Below, in pieces: positions 26,601 to 38,603 of a stretch of 64,000 bases of DNA. Origin of the DNA: Squalus acanthias (taxonomy: Eukaryota); assembly GCA_030390025.1 (NCBI GenBank), contig JASTWF010000335.1, positions 434,001-498,000 of the forward strand, read 5' to 3'. Made by a program: the position numbers and the translations under genes. Position 1 is the stretch's first letter. Every line of letters begins with the position of its first letter. The notes under the pieces are model-generated. The model ran no database searches, had not been told where the DNA came from, and saw only the letters and a list, made by a program, of their open reading frames with translations.

Positions 26601-29600
26601 GGCCATTCAGCCCCACGAGTCTGTTGCACAGGAACAGGAGGAGGCCATTCAGCCCCTTGAGCCTATTTCATAGGAACAGGAGGAGGCCATTCAGTCCCTC
26701 AAACCTGTTACACAGGAACAGGATAAGGCCATTCAGCACCACAAGCCTGTTACACAGGAACAGGAGTAGACCATTCAGCACCTCAAGCCTGTTACACAGG
26801 AACAGGAGGAGGCCATTCAGCCCCTAAAATCCGTTACACAGAAACAGGAGGAGGCCATTCAGCCCTTTGAGCCCATTACACAGGAAAAGGAGGAGGCCAT
26901 TCAGCCCCTCGAGCCTGTTACACAGGAACAGGAGGAGGCCATTTAGCCCCCTAAAGCCTGTTACAGAGGAACAGGAGGAGGCCATTCAGCCCCTCAAGCC
27001 TGTTACACAGGAACAGGAGGAGGCCATTCAGCCCCTCAAGCCTGTTACACAGGAACAGGAGGAGGCCATTCAGCTCCTCGAGCCTGTAACACAGGAATAG
27101 GGGGAGGCCATTCAGCTCCTCGAGCCTGTTACATTAGGAACAGGAGGAGGCCATTCAAATCTTTAAGCCTGATGCACAGGAACAGGAGGAGGCCATTCAG
27201 CCTCTCGAGCCATTTACCATAGGAACAGGAGGAGGCATTTCAGCCCCTCGAGTCTGTTACACAGGAACAGGAGTAGGCCATTCAACACCTCAAGCCTGTT
27301 ACACAGGAACAGGAGGAGGCCATTCTGCACCTCAAGCCTGTTACACACGAACAGGAGGAGGCCATTCAGCCCCTAAAACCTGTTACACAGGAACAGGAGG
27401 AGGCCATTCAGCCCCCTTGAGCCTGTTACACAGGAACAGGAGGAGGCCATTCAGCCCCTCGAGTCCGTTACACAGGAACAGGAGGAGGCCATTCAGCCCC
27501 CTCGAGTCCATTACACAGGAACAGGAGGAGGCCATTCAGCCCCTTGAGCCTGTTACACAGGAACAGGAGGAGGCCATTCAGCCCCTCGAGTCCGTTACAC
27601 AGGAACAGGAGGAGGCCATTCAGCCCCCTCGAGTCCATTACACAGGAACAGGAGTAGGCCATTCAGCCCCCTCGAGTCCATTACACAGGAACAGGAGGAG
27701 GCCATTCAGCCCCTCGAGTCCATTACACAGGAACAGGAGGAGGCCATTCAGCCCCCTCGAGTCCATTACACAGGAACAGGAGGAGGCCATTCAGCCCCTC
27801 GAGCCTGTTACACAGGAACAGGAGGAGGCCATTCAGCTCCTGGAGCCTGTCACACAGGAATAGGAGGAGGCCATTCAGTTCCTCGAGCCTGTCACACAGG
27901 AACAGGAGGAGGCCATTCAGCCCTTCGGGCCTGTTACATTAGCAACAGGAGGAGGCCCATTCCGCCCCCTCAAGTCAGATCCACAGGAACAGGAGGAGGT
28001 CATTCAGCCCTATGAGCCCGTTACACAGGAACAGGAGGAGCCCATCCAGCCTCTCAAGCCTGCTACACAGAAACAGGAGGAGGCCATTCAGCCCTTCGAG
28101 CCCGTTACACAGGAACAGGAGGAGGCCATTCAGCCCCTCGAGCCTGTTGCACAGGAACAGGAGGAGGTCATTCAGCCCCCTAAAGCCTGTTACACAGGAA
28201 CAGGAGGAGGCCATTCAGCCCCTCGAGCCTGCTACACAGGAACAGGATGAGGCCCATTCAGCCCCTCGAGCCTGTTGCACAGGAACAGGAGGAGCCCATT
28301 CAGCCCCTCGAGTCCATTACACAGGAACAGGAGGAGGCCATTCAGCCCCTCGAGCCTGTTGCACAGGAAAAGGAGGAGGCCAATCAGCCCCTTGAGCCTA
28401 TTGCATAGGATCAGAAGGAAGGCACTCTGCCCCTCAAGCCTGTTACACAAGAACAGGAGGAGGCCATTCAGCCCCTCAAGCCTTTTACACAGGAACAGTA
28501 GGAGGCCCATTCATCGCCCTCGAGTCTGTTACACAGGAACAGGAGCAGGCCATTCAGCCCCTCAAGCCTGTTACACAGGAACAGGAGGAGGCCATTCAGC
28601 TCCTCGAGTTGTTACATTAGGAACAGGAGGAGGCCATTCAAATCTTTGAGCCTGTTGCACAGGAACAGGAGGAGGCATTTCAGGCCCTCGAGTCTGTTAC
28701 ACAGGAATAGGAGGAGACCATTCAGCCCCTCGAGTCTGTTACACAGGAACAGGAGGAGGCATTTCAGCCCCTCGAGTCTGTTACACAGGAATAGGAGGAG
28801 GCCATTCAGCCCCTCGAGTCTGTTATACAGGAACAGGAGGAGGCCATTCGGCCTCTCAAGCCAGTTACCATAGGAACAGGAGGAGGCCATTCAGCCTCTC
28901 GAGCCAGTTACCATAGGAACAGGAGGAGGCCCATTCAGCCCCCTCGAGCCTGCTACACAGGAACAGGAGGAGGCCATTCAGCCCCTCGAGCCTGTTACAC
29001 AGGAACAGGATGAGGCCATTCAGCCCCACGAGTCTGTTACACAGGAACAGGAGGAGGCCAATCAGCCCCTTGAGCCTATTGCATAGGAACAGGAGAAGGC
29101 CATTCAGCACCTCAAGCCTGTTACACAGGAACAGGAGGAGGCCATTCAGCCCCTCAAGCCTGTTACACAGGAACAGGAGGAGGCCATTCAGCACCTCAAG
29201 CCTGTTACACACAAACAGGAGGAGGCCATTCAGCCCCATCGAGTCTGTTACAAAGGAACAGGAGGAGGCCATTCAGCTCCTCGAGCCTGTCACACAGTAA
29301 TAGGAGGAGGCCATTCAGCCCCTCGAGCCTGTTACATTAGCAACAGGAGGAGGCCCATTCCGCCCCCTCGAGTCAGATCCACAGGAACAGAAGGAGGTCA
29401 TTCAGCCCATTGAACCTGTTACACAGGAACAGGAGTAGGCCATTCAGCCTCTCGAGACTGTTACACAGGAACAGGGGGAGGCCATTCAGCCCCTCGAGCA
29501 TGTTGCACAGGAACAGGAGGAGGCCAATCAGCCCCTTGAGCCTATTGCATAGGAACAGGAGGAGGCCATTCAACTCTTTGAGCCTGTTGCACAGGAACAG

Positions 29601-32600
29601 GAGTAGGCCATTCAGCCTCTCGAGACTGTTACACAGGAACAGGAGGAGGCCTTTCAGCCAGCTCGAGCCTGTTACACAGGAACAGGAGGAGGCCATTCAG
29701 CCCCCTCGAGCCTGTTACACAGGAACAGGAGGAGGCCATTCAGCCCCTCGAGCCTATCATACAGGAATAGGACGAGGCCATTTATTCCTCGAACCTGTTA
29801 CACAGGAAAAGGAGGAGGCCCATTCAGCCCTCGAGACTGTCACACAGGAACAGGATGAGGCCATTCAGCCTCACGAGTCTGTTGCACAGGAACAGGAGGA
29901 GGCCAATCAGCCCCTTGAGCCTATTGCATAGGAACAGTAGGAGGCCATTCAGCCCCTCATGCCTGTTACAAAGGAACAGGAGGAGGCCCATTAAGCCCCT
30001 CAAGCCTGTTACACAGGAACAGGAGGAGGCCATTCAGCTCCTCGAGCCTGTCACACAGGAACAGGAGGAGGCCATTCAATCTTTGAGCCTGTTGCACAGG
30101 AACAGGAGGAGGCCATTCAGCCCCTACGAGTCTGTTACACAGGAACAGGAGGCGGCATTTCAGCCCCTCGAGTCTGTTACACAGGAACAGGAGGAGGCCA
30201 TTCAGCCCGCTCGGACCTGTTACACAGGAACAGGAGGAGGCCATTCAGCCCCCACGAGTCTGTTACACAGGAACAAGAGGAGGCCATTCAGCCCTCGAGC
30301 CTGTTACACAGGAACAGGAGGAGGCCCATTCAGCCTCTCGAGCCAGTTACCATAGGAACAGGAGGAGGCCATTCAGCCCCCACGAATCTGTTACACAGGA
30401 ACAGGAGGAGGCCATTCAGCCTCTCAAGCCATTTACCATAGGAACAGGATGAGGCCATTCAGTCTCTCGAGCCAGTTACCATAGGAACAGGAGGAGGCCT
30501 TTCAGCCCTTTGAGCCTGTTACACAGGAACAGGAGCAGGCCATTCAGCCCCCTCGAGCCTGTTACACAGGAACAGCTGGAGGCCATTCAGCCCGCTCGAG
30601 CCTGTTACCATAGGAACAGGAGGAGGCCATTCAGCCCCTCGAGTCTGTCACACAGGAACAGGAGGAGGCCATTCAGCCCCTCGAGTCTGTTACACAGGAA
30701 CAGGAGGAGGCCCATTCAGCCCCCTCGAGCCTATCACACAGGAATAGGAAGAGGCCATTTATTCCTCGAACCTGTTACACAGGAAAAGGAGGAGGCCCAT
30801 TCAGCCCTCGAGACTGTCACACAGGAACAGGATGAGGCCATTCAGCCCCACGAGTCTGTTGCACAGGAACAGGAGGAGGCCAATCAGCTCCTTGAGCCTA
30901 TTGCATAGGAACAGGAGGAGGCCATTCAACTCTTTGAGCCTGTTGCACAGGAACAGGAGGAGGCCATTCAGCCAGCTCGAGCCTGTTACACAGGAACAGG
31001 AGGAGGCCATTCAGCCCTTTGAGCCTGTTACACAGGAACAGGAGGAGGCCATTCAGCCCCCTCGAGCCTGTTACACAGGAACAGGAAGAGGCCATTCAGC
31101 CCCCTCGAGCCTGTTACACAGGAACAGGAGGAGGCCATTCAGCCCCTCCAGCCTATCATACAGGAATAGGACGAGGCCATTTATTCCTCGAACCTGTTAC
31201 ACAGGAAAAGGAGGAGGCCCATTCAGCCCTCGAGACTGTCACACAGGAACAGGATGAGGCCATTCAGCCCCACGAGTCTGTTGCACAGGAACAGGAGGAG
31301 GCCAATCAGCTCCTTGAGCCTATTGCATAGGAACAGGAGGAGGCCATTCAGCCCCTCGTGTCTATTACACAGGAACAGGAGGAGGCCATTCAGCCACTCA
31401 AGTCTGTTACACAGGAACAGGAGGAGGCCAGTCAGCCCTTTGAGCCTGTTACACAGGAACAGGAGGAGGCCATTCAGCCCCTCGAGCCTGTTACACAGGA
31501 ACAGGAAGAGGCCATTCAGCCAGCTCGAGCCTGTTACACAGGAACAGGAGGAGGCCATTCAGCCCCTCGAGCCTATCATACAGGAATAGGACGAGGCCAT
31601 TTATTCCTCGAACCTGTTACACAGGAAAAGGAGGAGGCCCATTCAGCCCTCGAGACTGTCACACAGGAACAGGATGAGGCCATTCAGCCTCACGAGTCTG
31701 TTGCACAGGAACAGGAGGAGGCCAATCAGCCCCTTGAGCCTATCGCATAGGAACAGTAGGAGGCCATTCAGCCCCTCATGCCTGTTACAAAGGAACAGGA
31801 GGAGGCCCATTAAGCCCCTCAAGCCTGTTACACAGGAACAGGAGGAGGCCATTCAGCTCCTCGAGCCTGTCACACAGGAACAGGAGGAGGCCATTCAATC
31901 TTTGAGCCTGTTGCACAGGAACAGGAGGAGGCCATTCAGCCCCTACGAGTCTGTTACACAGGAACAGGAGGCGGCATTTCAGCCCCTCGAGTCTGTTACA
32001 CAGGAACAGGAGGAGGCCATTCAGCCCGCTCGGACCTGTTACACAGGAACAGGAGGAGGCCATTCAGCCCCCACGAGTCTGTTACACAGGAACAGGAGGA
32101 GGCCATTCAGCCCTCGAGCCTGTTACACAGGAACAGGAGGAGGCCCATTCAGCCTCTCGAGCCAGTTACCATAGGAACAGGAGGAGGCCATTCAGCCCCC
32201 ACGAATCTGTTACACAGGAACAGGAGGAGGCCATTCAGCCTCTCAAGCCATTTACCATAGGAACAGGATGAGGCCATTCAGTCTCTCGAGCCAGTTACCA
32301 TAGGAACAGGAGGAGGCCTTTCAGCCCTTTGAGCCTGTTACACAGGAACAGGAGCAGGCCATTCAGCCCCCTCGAGCCTGTTACACAGGAACAGCTGGAG
32401 GCCATTCAGCCCGCTCGAGCCTGTTACCATAGGAACAGGAGCAGGCCATTCAGCCCCCTCGAGCCTGTTACACAGGAACAGGAGGAGGCCATTCAGCCCC
32501 TCGAGTCTGTCACACAGGAACAGGAGGAGGCCATTCAGCCCCTCGAGTCTGTTACACAGGAACAGGAGGAGGCCCATTCAGCCCCCTCGAGCCTATCACA

Positions 32601-35600
32601 CAGGAATAGGAAGAGGCCATTTATTCCACGAACCTGTTACACAGGAAAAGGAGATGGCCCATTCAGCCCTCGAGAGTGTCACACAGGAACAGGATGAGGC
32701 CATTCAGCTCCCTCGAGTCCGTTACATAGGAACAGGAGGAAGGCATTCTGCCCCTCAAGCCTGTTCCACAGGAACAGGAGGAGGCCATTCAGCCCCTCAA
32801 GCCTGTTACGCAGAAACAGGAGGAGGCATTTTAGCCCCTCAAGCCAGTTACCATAGGAACAGGAGGAGGCCCATTCAGCTCCTCGAGCCTGTTACATAGG
32901 AACAGCAGGAGGCCATTCAGCCCCCTCTAGCCTGTTACACAGGAACAGGAGGGGGCCTTTCAGCCCCACGAGTCTGTTGCACAGGAACAGGAGGAGGCCA
33001 ATCAGCCCCTTGAGCCTATTACATAGGAACAGGAGGAGGCCATTCAGCCTCTCAAGCCTGTTACACAGGAACAGGAGGAGGCCATTCAGCACCTCAAGCC
33101 TGTTGCATAGTAACAGGAGGAGGCCATTCAGCCCCTCGAGCCTGTTAAACAGGAACAGGAGAAGGCCATTCAGCCCCTCGAGCCTGTTACACAGGAACAG
33201 GAGGAGGCCATTCAGCCCCTCAAGCCTGTTACACATGAACAGGAGGAGGCCATTCAGCTCCTCGAGCCTGTCACACAGGAACAGGATGAGGCATTTTAGC
33301 CCCTCAAGCCAGTTACCATAGGAACAGGAGGAGGCCATTCAGCCTCTTGAGCCTGTTACATAGCAACAGGAGGAGGCCATTCAGCCCCCTCAAGCCTGTT
33401 ACACAGGAACAGGGGGAGGCCATTCAGCCCCTCAAGCCTGTTACACAGGAACAGGAGGAGGCCATTCAGCACCTCAAGCCTGTTACACAGGAACAGGAGG
33501 AGGCCCATTCAGCTCCTCGTGCCTGTTACACAGGAACAGGAGGAGGCCTTTTAGCCCTTTGAGCCTGTTACACAGGAACAGGAGCAAGCCATTCAGACCC
33601 CTCGAGCCTGTTACACAGGAACAGGGGGAGGCCATTCAGCCCCCTCGAGCCTGTTACCATAGGAACAGGAGGAGGCCATTCAGCCCTTTGAGCCTGTTAC
33701 ACAGGAACAGGAGCAGGCCATTCAGCCCCCTCGAGCCTGTTACACAGGAAAAGGAGGAGGCCATTCAGCCCCCTCGAGCCTATCACACAGGAATAGGAGG
33801 AGGCCATTTATTCCTCGAACCTGTTACACTGGAAAAGGAGGAGGCCCATTCAGCCCTCGAGACTGTCACACAGGAACAGGATGAATGAGGCCATTCAGCC
33901 CCACGAGTCTGTTGCACAGGAACAGGAGGAGGCCGTTCAGCCCCCTCGAGCCTGTTACACAGGAACAGGAGGAGGCCATTCAGCCCCTCAAGCCTGTTAC
34001 ACAGAAACAGGAGGAGGCCATTCAGCCCCTCGAGCCTGTTACACAGGAACAGGAGGAGGCCATTCAGCTCCTCGAGCCTGTCACACAGGTATCATAGAAT
34101 CATAGAAGATAGGAGCAGGAGTAGGCCATTCGGCCCCTCTAGCCTGCTCCGCCATTCAATGCGATCATGGCTGATCATCCAAATTCAGTACCCTATCCCT
34201 GTTTTCTCCCCATATCCCTTGATCCCTTTAGCCTTAAGAAATATATCCAACTCCATCTTGAATCTATTTAATGAATTGGCCTCTACTGCCTTCTGTGGCA
34301 GAGAATTCCACAGGTTCACCTCTCTCTGGGTGAAGAAATTCCTCCTCATTTCTGTCCTAAATGGCTTACCCCTTATCCTTAGACTGTGACCCCTGGTTCT
34401 GGACTCCCCGACCATCGGGAACACCCTTCCTACATCTAGTTTGTCCTGTCCTGTCAGAATTTTATAAGTTTCAATGAGATCCCCTCTCATTCTTCTAAAC
34501 TCCAGCGAGGATAAGCCCAATTGACCCAATCTCTCCTCATACGTCATTCCTGCCATCCCAGGTATCAGCCTTGTGAATCTTCGCTGCACTCCCTCCATGG
34601 CAAGAACATCCTTCCTCAGATAAGGCGACCAAAACTGCACACAGTACTCAAGGTGTGGTCTCACCAAGGCCCTGTACAACTGCAGCAAGACATCCTTGTT
34701 CCTGTACTCAAACCCTCTCGCTATGAAGGCCAACATACCATTTGCCTTCTTCCCCGCCTGCTGCACCTGCATGCTTACCTTCAGCGACTGGTGCACAAGG
34801 ACACCCAGGTCTCGGTGCACTTCCCCTTCTCCCAATCTATTGCCATTCAGATAATAATCTGCCTTTCTGTTTTTGACACCAAAGTGGATAACCTCGCATT
34901 TATCCACGTTATATTGCATCTGCCTCGCTTCTGCCCAATCACCCAACCTGTCCAAATCATCCTGGAGTTTCTCTGCATCCTCCTCGCAGCACACACGCCC
35001 ACCCAGTTTTGTGTCGTCTGCAAACTTGGAGATATTACATCTAGTTCCCTTGTCTAGATCATTAATATATATTGTGAATAGCTGGGGTCCAAGGACCGAT
35101 CCCTGCGGAACCCCACTAGTCACTGCCTGCCACTCGGAAAAAGACCCATTTATTGCAACTCTTTGCTTTCTGTTTGCCAACCAGTTCTCTATCCAAGTCA
35201 ATACCTTGCCCCCAATCTCATGTGCCTTAACTTTACACGCTAATCTCTTATGCAGGACCTTATCAAAAGCCTTTTGAAAGTCCAAATACACCACATCCAC
35301 TGGTTCTCCCTTATCTATTTTACCAGTTACATCCTCAAAAAATTCCAATAGATTAGTCAAGCATGATTTACCTTTTGTAAATCCATGTTGACTTTGTCCA
35401 ATCCTATCACTGTTTTTCAAGTGCTCAGCTATTACATCTATTACAATAGGAGGAGGCCATTCAGCTCCTCGAGCCTCTTACATTAGGAACTGGAGGAGGT
35501 CATTCAGCCCCTCGAGTCTGTTACACAGGAACAGGAGGAGGCCAATCAGCCCCTGGAGCCTGTCACACAGGAATAGGAGGAGGCCATTCAGCCCTTTGAG

Positions 35601-36285
35601 CCTGTTACACAGGAACAGGAGGAGGCCCATTAAGCACCCCTCAAGTCTGTTACATAGGAACAGGAGGAGGCCATTCAGCCCTTTGAGCCTGTTACACAGG
35701 AACAGGAGGAGGCCCATTCAGCCCCCTCGAGCCTGTTACACAGGAACAGGAGGAGGCCATTCAGCCCCCTTGAGCCTGTTACACAGGAACAGGAGGAGGC
35801 CATTCATCCCCCTCGAGCCTGTTACACAGGAGCAGGAGGAGGCCATTCAGCCCCCTCAAGCCTGTTACACAGGAACAGGAGGAGGCCATTCAGCCCTTTG
35901 AGCCTGTTACACAGGAACAGGAGGAGGCCATTCAGCCCCTCGAGCCTGTTACATAGGACCAGGAGGAGGCCATTCAGCCCTTTGAGCCTGTTACACAGGA
36001 ACAGGAGGAGGCCATTCAGCCCCCTCGAGCCTGTTACACAGGAGCAGGAGGAGGCCATTCAGCCCTCGAACCTGTTACACAGGAACAGGAGTAGGCCATT
36101 CAGCCCTTTGAGCCTGTTACACAGGAACAGGAGGAGGCCATTCAGCCCCCTCGAGCCTGTTACACAGGAGCAGGAGGAGGCCACTCAGCCCTCGAGCCTG
36201 TTACACAGGAACAGGAGGAGGCCATTCAGCCCCCTCGAGCCTGTTACACAGGAACAGGAGGAGGCCACTCAGCCCCTAAAGCCTG
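11700..36285. repeat. 42(-44)-bp satellite array derived from the CR1 3' UTR, roughly 540 monomers, with higher-order repeats
   Basis: Unit acacaggaacaggaggaggccattcagcccctcgagcctgtt; aligns to the reverse complement of CR1 tails (ggagcaggagtaggccattcggcccctcgagcctgct). Confidence 0.98.
34090..35444 (-). mobile_element. 5'-truncated CR1 LINE inserted in the 42-bp satellite; open RT frame of 411 aa
   Basis: ORF 34185-35420 with [18 protein letters not shown] and FADD; tail atcatagaatcatagaa; splits a monomer at cacacagg|aatagg. Confidence 0.97.
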
Positions 36286-36358
36286 TTCCGCCATTCAATT
36301 AGATCATGGTCGATCTGTATCTTAACACCATTTACCTGCCTTAGTTCCTGAACCCTTA
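36286..36358 (-). mobile_element. CR1 3' UTR remnant contiguous with the last satellite monomer
   Basis: gcctgttccgccattcaattagatcatggtcgatct matches the CR1 tail gcctgctccgccattcaat..gatcatggctgatc. Confidence 0.85.
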
Positions 36359-36552
36359 AGGGCAGAGTCCTTGGCCCAACCATCTTCAGCTGCTTCATCA
36401 ATGACCTTCTCTCCAACATAAGGTCAGAAATGGGGATGTTCGCTGATGACTGCACAGTGTTCAGCGCCATTCAGAACTCCTCAGATAATGAAGCAGTCCA
36501 TGCCCGCATGCAACAAGACCTGGACGATGTTCAGGGTTGGGCTGATAAGTGG
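36359..36552 (+). mobile_element. CR1-group RT fragment (different subfamily)
   Basis: Encodes GRVLGPTIFSCFINDL...GMFADDCTVF. Confidence 0.8.
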
Positions 36553-37136
36553 TCGAGAGTTTTCCAGAGTTCCGCGACCCTTTGTGTGAGCAGAAGTGCT
36601 TCCTGACATCACCCCTGAACGGCCTGGCTCTAATTTTAAGGTTATGCCCCCTTGTTCTGAACTCCAACCCCCCAACCTGAGGAAATAGTTTCTCTCTATC
36701 TCCACTATCGAATCCTTTAATCATCTTAAACACCTCGATTAGACCAACCCTTAGGGCTGGATTTTCATTGACCCGTGGAGGCGGGTTTGGAGGTGTGTGG
36801 GGGGTTAAAATTGCGAAAACTGGCGGGCGGGCACAAGTCCGCCTCCATCCCGCCTCCACGCAATTTTCATTAAATCGTGTCTGCTGGTCCCGACTGTGTC
36901 CCGCCTTTAAGAGGCGGGATAGGCTGTTAAGGCCCTTAACAAGCACTAAATTGGCTCTATAATGCCATTTTGAAAGGCCTTTGTGATTTTAACCCTTGTT
37001 GTACGTGAAGCGCGCCTGTTCTGAACCACGATTGCGAAACCTGGCAGGAGCACAAGTGGATAGCTGACTATCAGTGAGTGGCTGGCTGGGCATCTGGGAG
37101 TAGTGGAGCAAAAAAAATTCTCTCTGTCTCTCTCTG

Positions 37137-37168
<32 letters not shown>

Positions 37169-37480
37169 TCTCATATTTTTGCATCCAGGTCCTCTCACAG
37201 CAAAGGCCAGGCAGTCTCTGACCTTCAATGCAGCAGCAATGATGAAATCATCAGAGGCGACTTTCAGACAGAAAACACTAATTGGTTCATGGGTTCCCAC
37301 ATGCTGGAACTCAATTGCCCAATTAGGTGAAAATTGCATCAATCTCCCACATCCAATTGCAGTCGGGTGGATAACACGACCCCAACCCGCCCCAGTATCA
37401 AAATCCAGCCCTTAATCTTCTATACTCCAGGGAGTATCAGCCTAGTGTGTGCAACCTGTCCTCAGACTTTTACCCTTTGG
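36553..37480 (-). mobile_element. CR1 3' fragment interrupted by the MITE at 36754-37411
   Basis: LIEVFKMIKGFD...TRGHNLKIRARPFRGDVRKHF; resumes at ttaatcttctatactcc after the MITE. Confidence 0.8.
36754..37411. mobile_element. PIF/Harbinger-type non-autonomous DNA transposon (MITE), copy 1
   Basis: TIR gggctggatttt...aaaatccagccc; 3-bp TSD tta (36751-53, 37412-14); no ORF. Confidence 0.88.
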
Positions 37481-37667
37481 GACTGAAAGCGGATGGAGTG
37501 TAATTCATAGTAAAACTTTCACATACGCCTCGGCGAGACTGTCGGCTCAATCAGCACAGGGACTCTTAACGATAGCCAAATACTGCGGATGCTGGAAATC
37601 CGAAATAACAGCAGAAAACGCTGGAAAAACTCAGCAATCCAGGCAGCATCCGCGGAGAGAGAAACAG

Positions 37668-37704
37668 AGTTAACGTTTCAGGTCGATGACCCTTCATCAG
37701 AACT
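37668..37704 (-). ncRNA. Minimal type I hammerhead ribozyme motif (PLE family B)
   Basis: agtt-CUGAUGA-a-gggtc(atc)gacct-GAAA-cg-UU-aact. Confidence 0.75.
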
Positions 37705-38052
37705 GGAAAAAAGCAGGAATCGTTTCGGCACGCTACAGCCCTCTGGACTCAACATCGAGTTCAACAATTTCAGATCATAACCTCGGCCCCTATCACATTT
37801 ATATTTTATTTTTCCATCCACCCTTTTATTTACCGCCCCCCGCTTTTTTTTCCCTCCCAGAAGCTGGCATCATGTCCTTCATTCTGCCAGTGGATTTCAC
37901 ACTTCTTTCAGCCTCAACCTGTCACGTTAACACCTCCTCTTGCCTTGATCATCTCTACATGTCTCTTAATCTCTCCTTTTGTTCTGTCATCCCCTCCCCC
38001 TTTTCCCAGCTTTATCCTTGCCTTAAATCTATTCCATTTCCTGCTTTTTACC

Positions 38053-38089
38053 AGTTCTGACGAAAGGTTTACGAGCTGAAACGTTAACT
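38053..38089 (+). ncRNA. Minimal hammerhead ribozyme motif, degenerate stem II
   Basis: agtt-CUGACGA-a-aggtt(tac)gagct-GAAA-cg-UU-aact; one G-G mismatch in stem II. Confidence 0.6.
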
Positions 38090-38237
38090 CTGTTTCTCCC
38101 TCCACGGATGCTGCCTGGCCTGCTGAGTATTTCCAGCGTTTTCTGTAGGAACTCTTAACTGTAGGTCAGGTGTCCCTCTGTCCATGATTTTAACACCTCC
38201 TCCTCCCAATCTACTGGTTTATTTTAAGTGTGATGTG

Positions 38238-38603
38238 GACCCTTCATCAGAACTGGAAAAATGCAGGAATCGTTTCGGCACGCTACAGCCCTCTGGACTC
38301 AACATCGAGTTCAACAATTTCATACCATAACCTCTGCCCCTATTTTTTCCAGACGGCAGCTGTTGATGATCCCCAATTGCAACATTTAACCACTCCAGCC
38401 CTCCACCCTAGCACAGACCGTCTCTTTTGTTCTTTCGTCCCCTCCCCCCTTTCCCGGCCTCCGCACCTGCTTAAAATCTGTCACATCTCTTAACTTTTTC
38501 CAATTCTGACGAAGGGTCACAGACCTGAAACGTTAACTCTGTTTCTCTCTCCGCGGATGCTGTCTGACCTGCTGAGTGTTTCCAGCATTCTCTGTTGTTA
38601 TTT
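38238..38603 (+). mobile_element. Second tandem copy of the truncated Penelope-like unit
   Basis: Repeats gacccttcatcagaactgg...cgtttcggcacgctacagccctctggactcaac...; ends in a pLTR with a hammerhead motif. Confidence 0.72.
38502..38538 (+). ncRNA. Minimal hammerhead ribozyme motif (PLE family B)
   Basis: aatt-CUGACGA-a-gggtc(aca)gacct-GAAA-cg-UU-aact; one mismatch in stem I. Confidence 0.68.

Larger units (their letters stand above)
37575..38145 (+). mobile_element. Truncated Penelope-like element: inverted pLTR piece + GIY-YIG C-terminus + pLTR
   Basis: 37575-37710 is the reverse complement of 38045-38145; between them is RFGTLQPSGLNIEFNNFRS*, a typical PLE ORF end. Confidence 0.75.

Noticed and set aside
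11656..36302. Many ORFs with repeats such as TQEQEEAIQPLEPV, HRNRRRPFSPSSLL and LNGLLLFLCNRLEG
   Set aside because: The monomer is 42 bp (14 codons) and stop-poor, so all frames open by default; 43/44-bp variants shift frame freely, showing no coding constraint
38238..38256. A seventh hammerhead on the minus strand
   Set aside because: Only stem I, CUGAUGA and half of stem II remain; GAAA and the cleavage site are truncated
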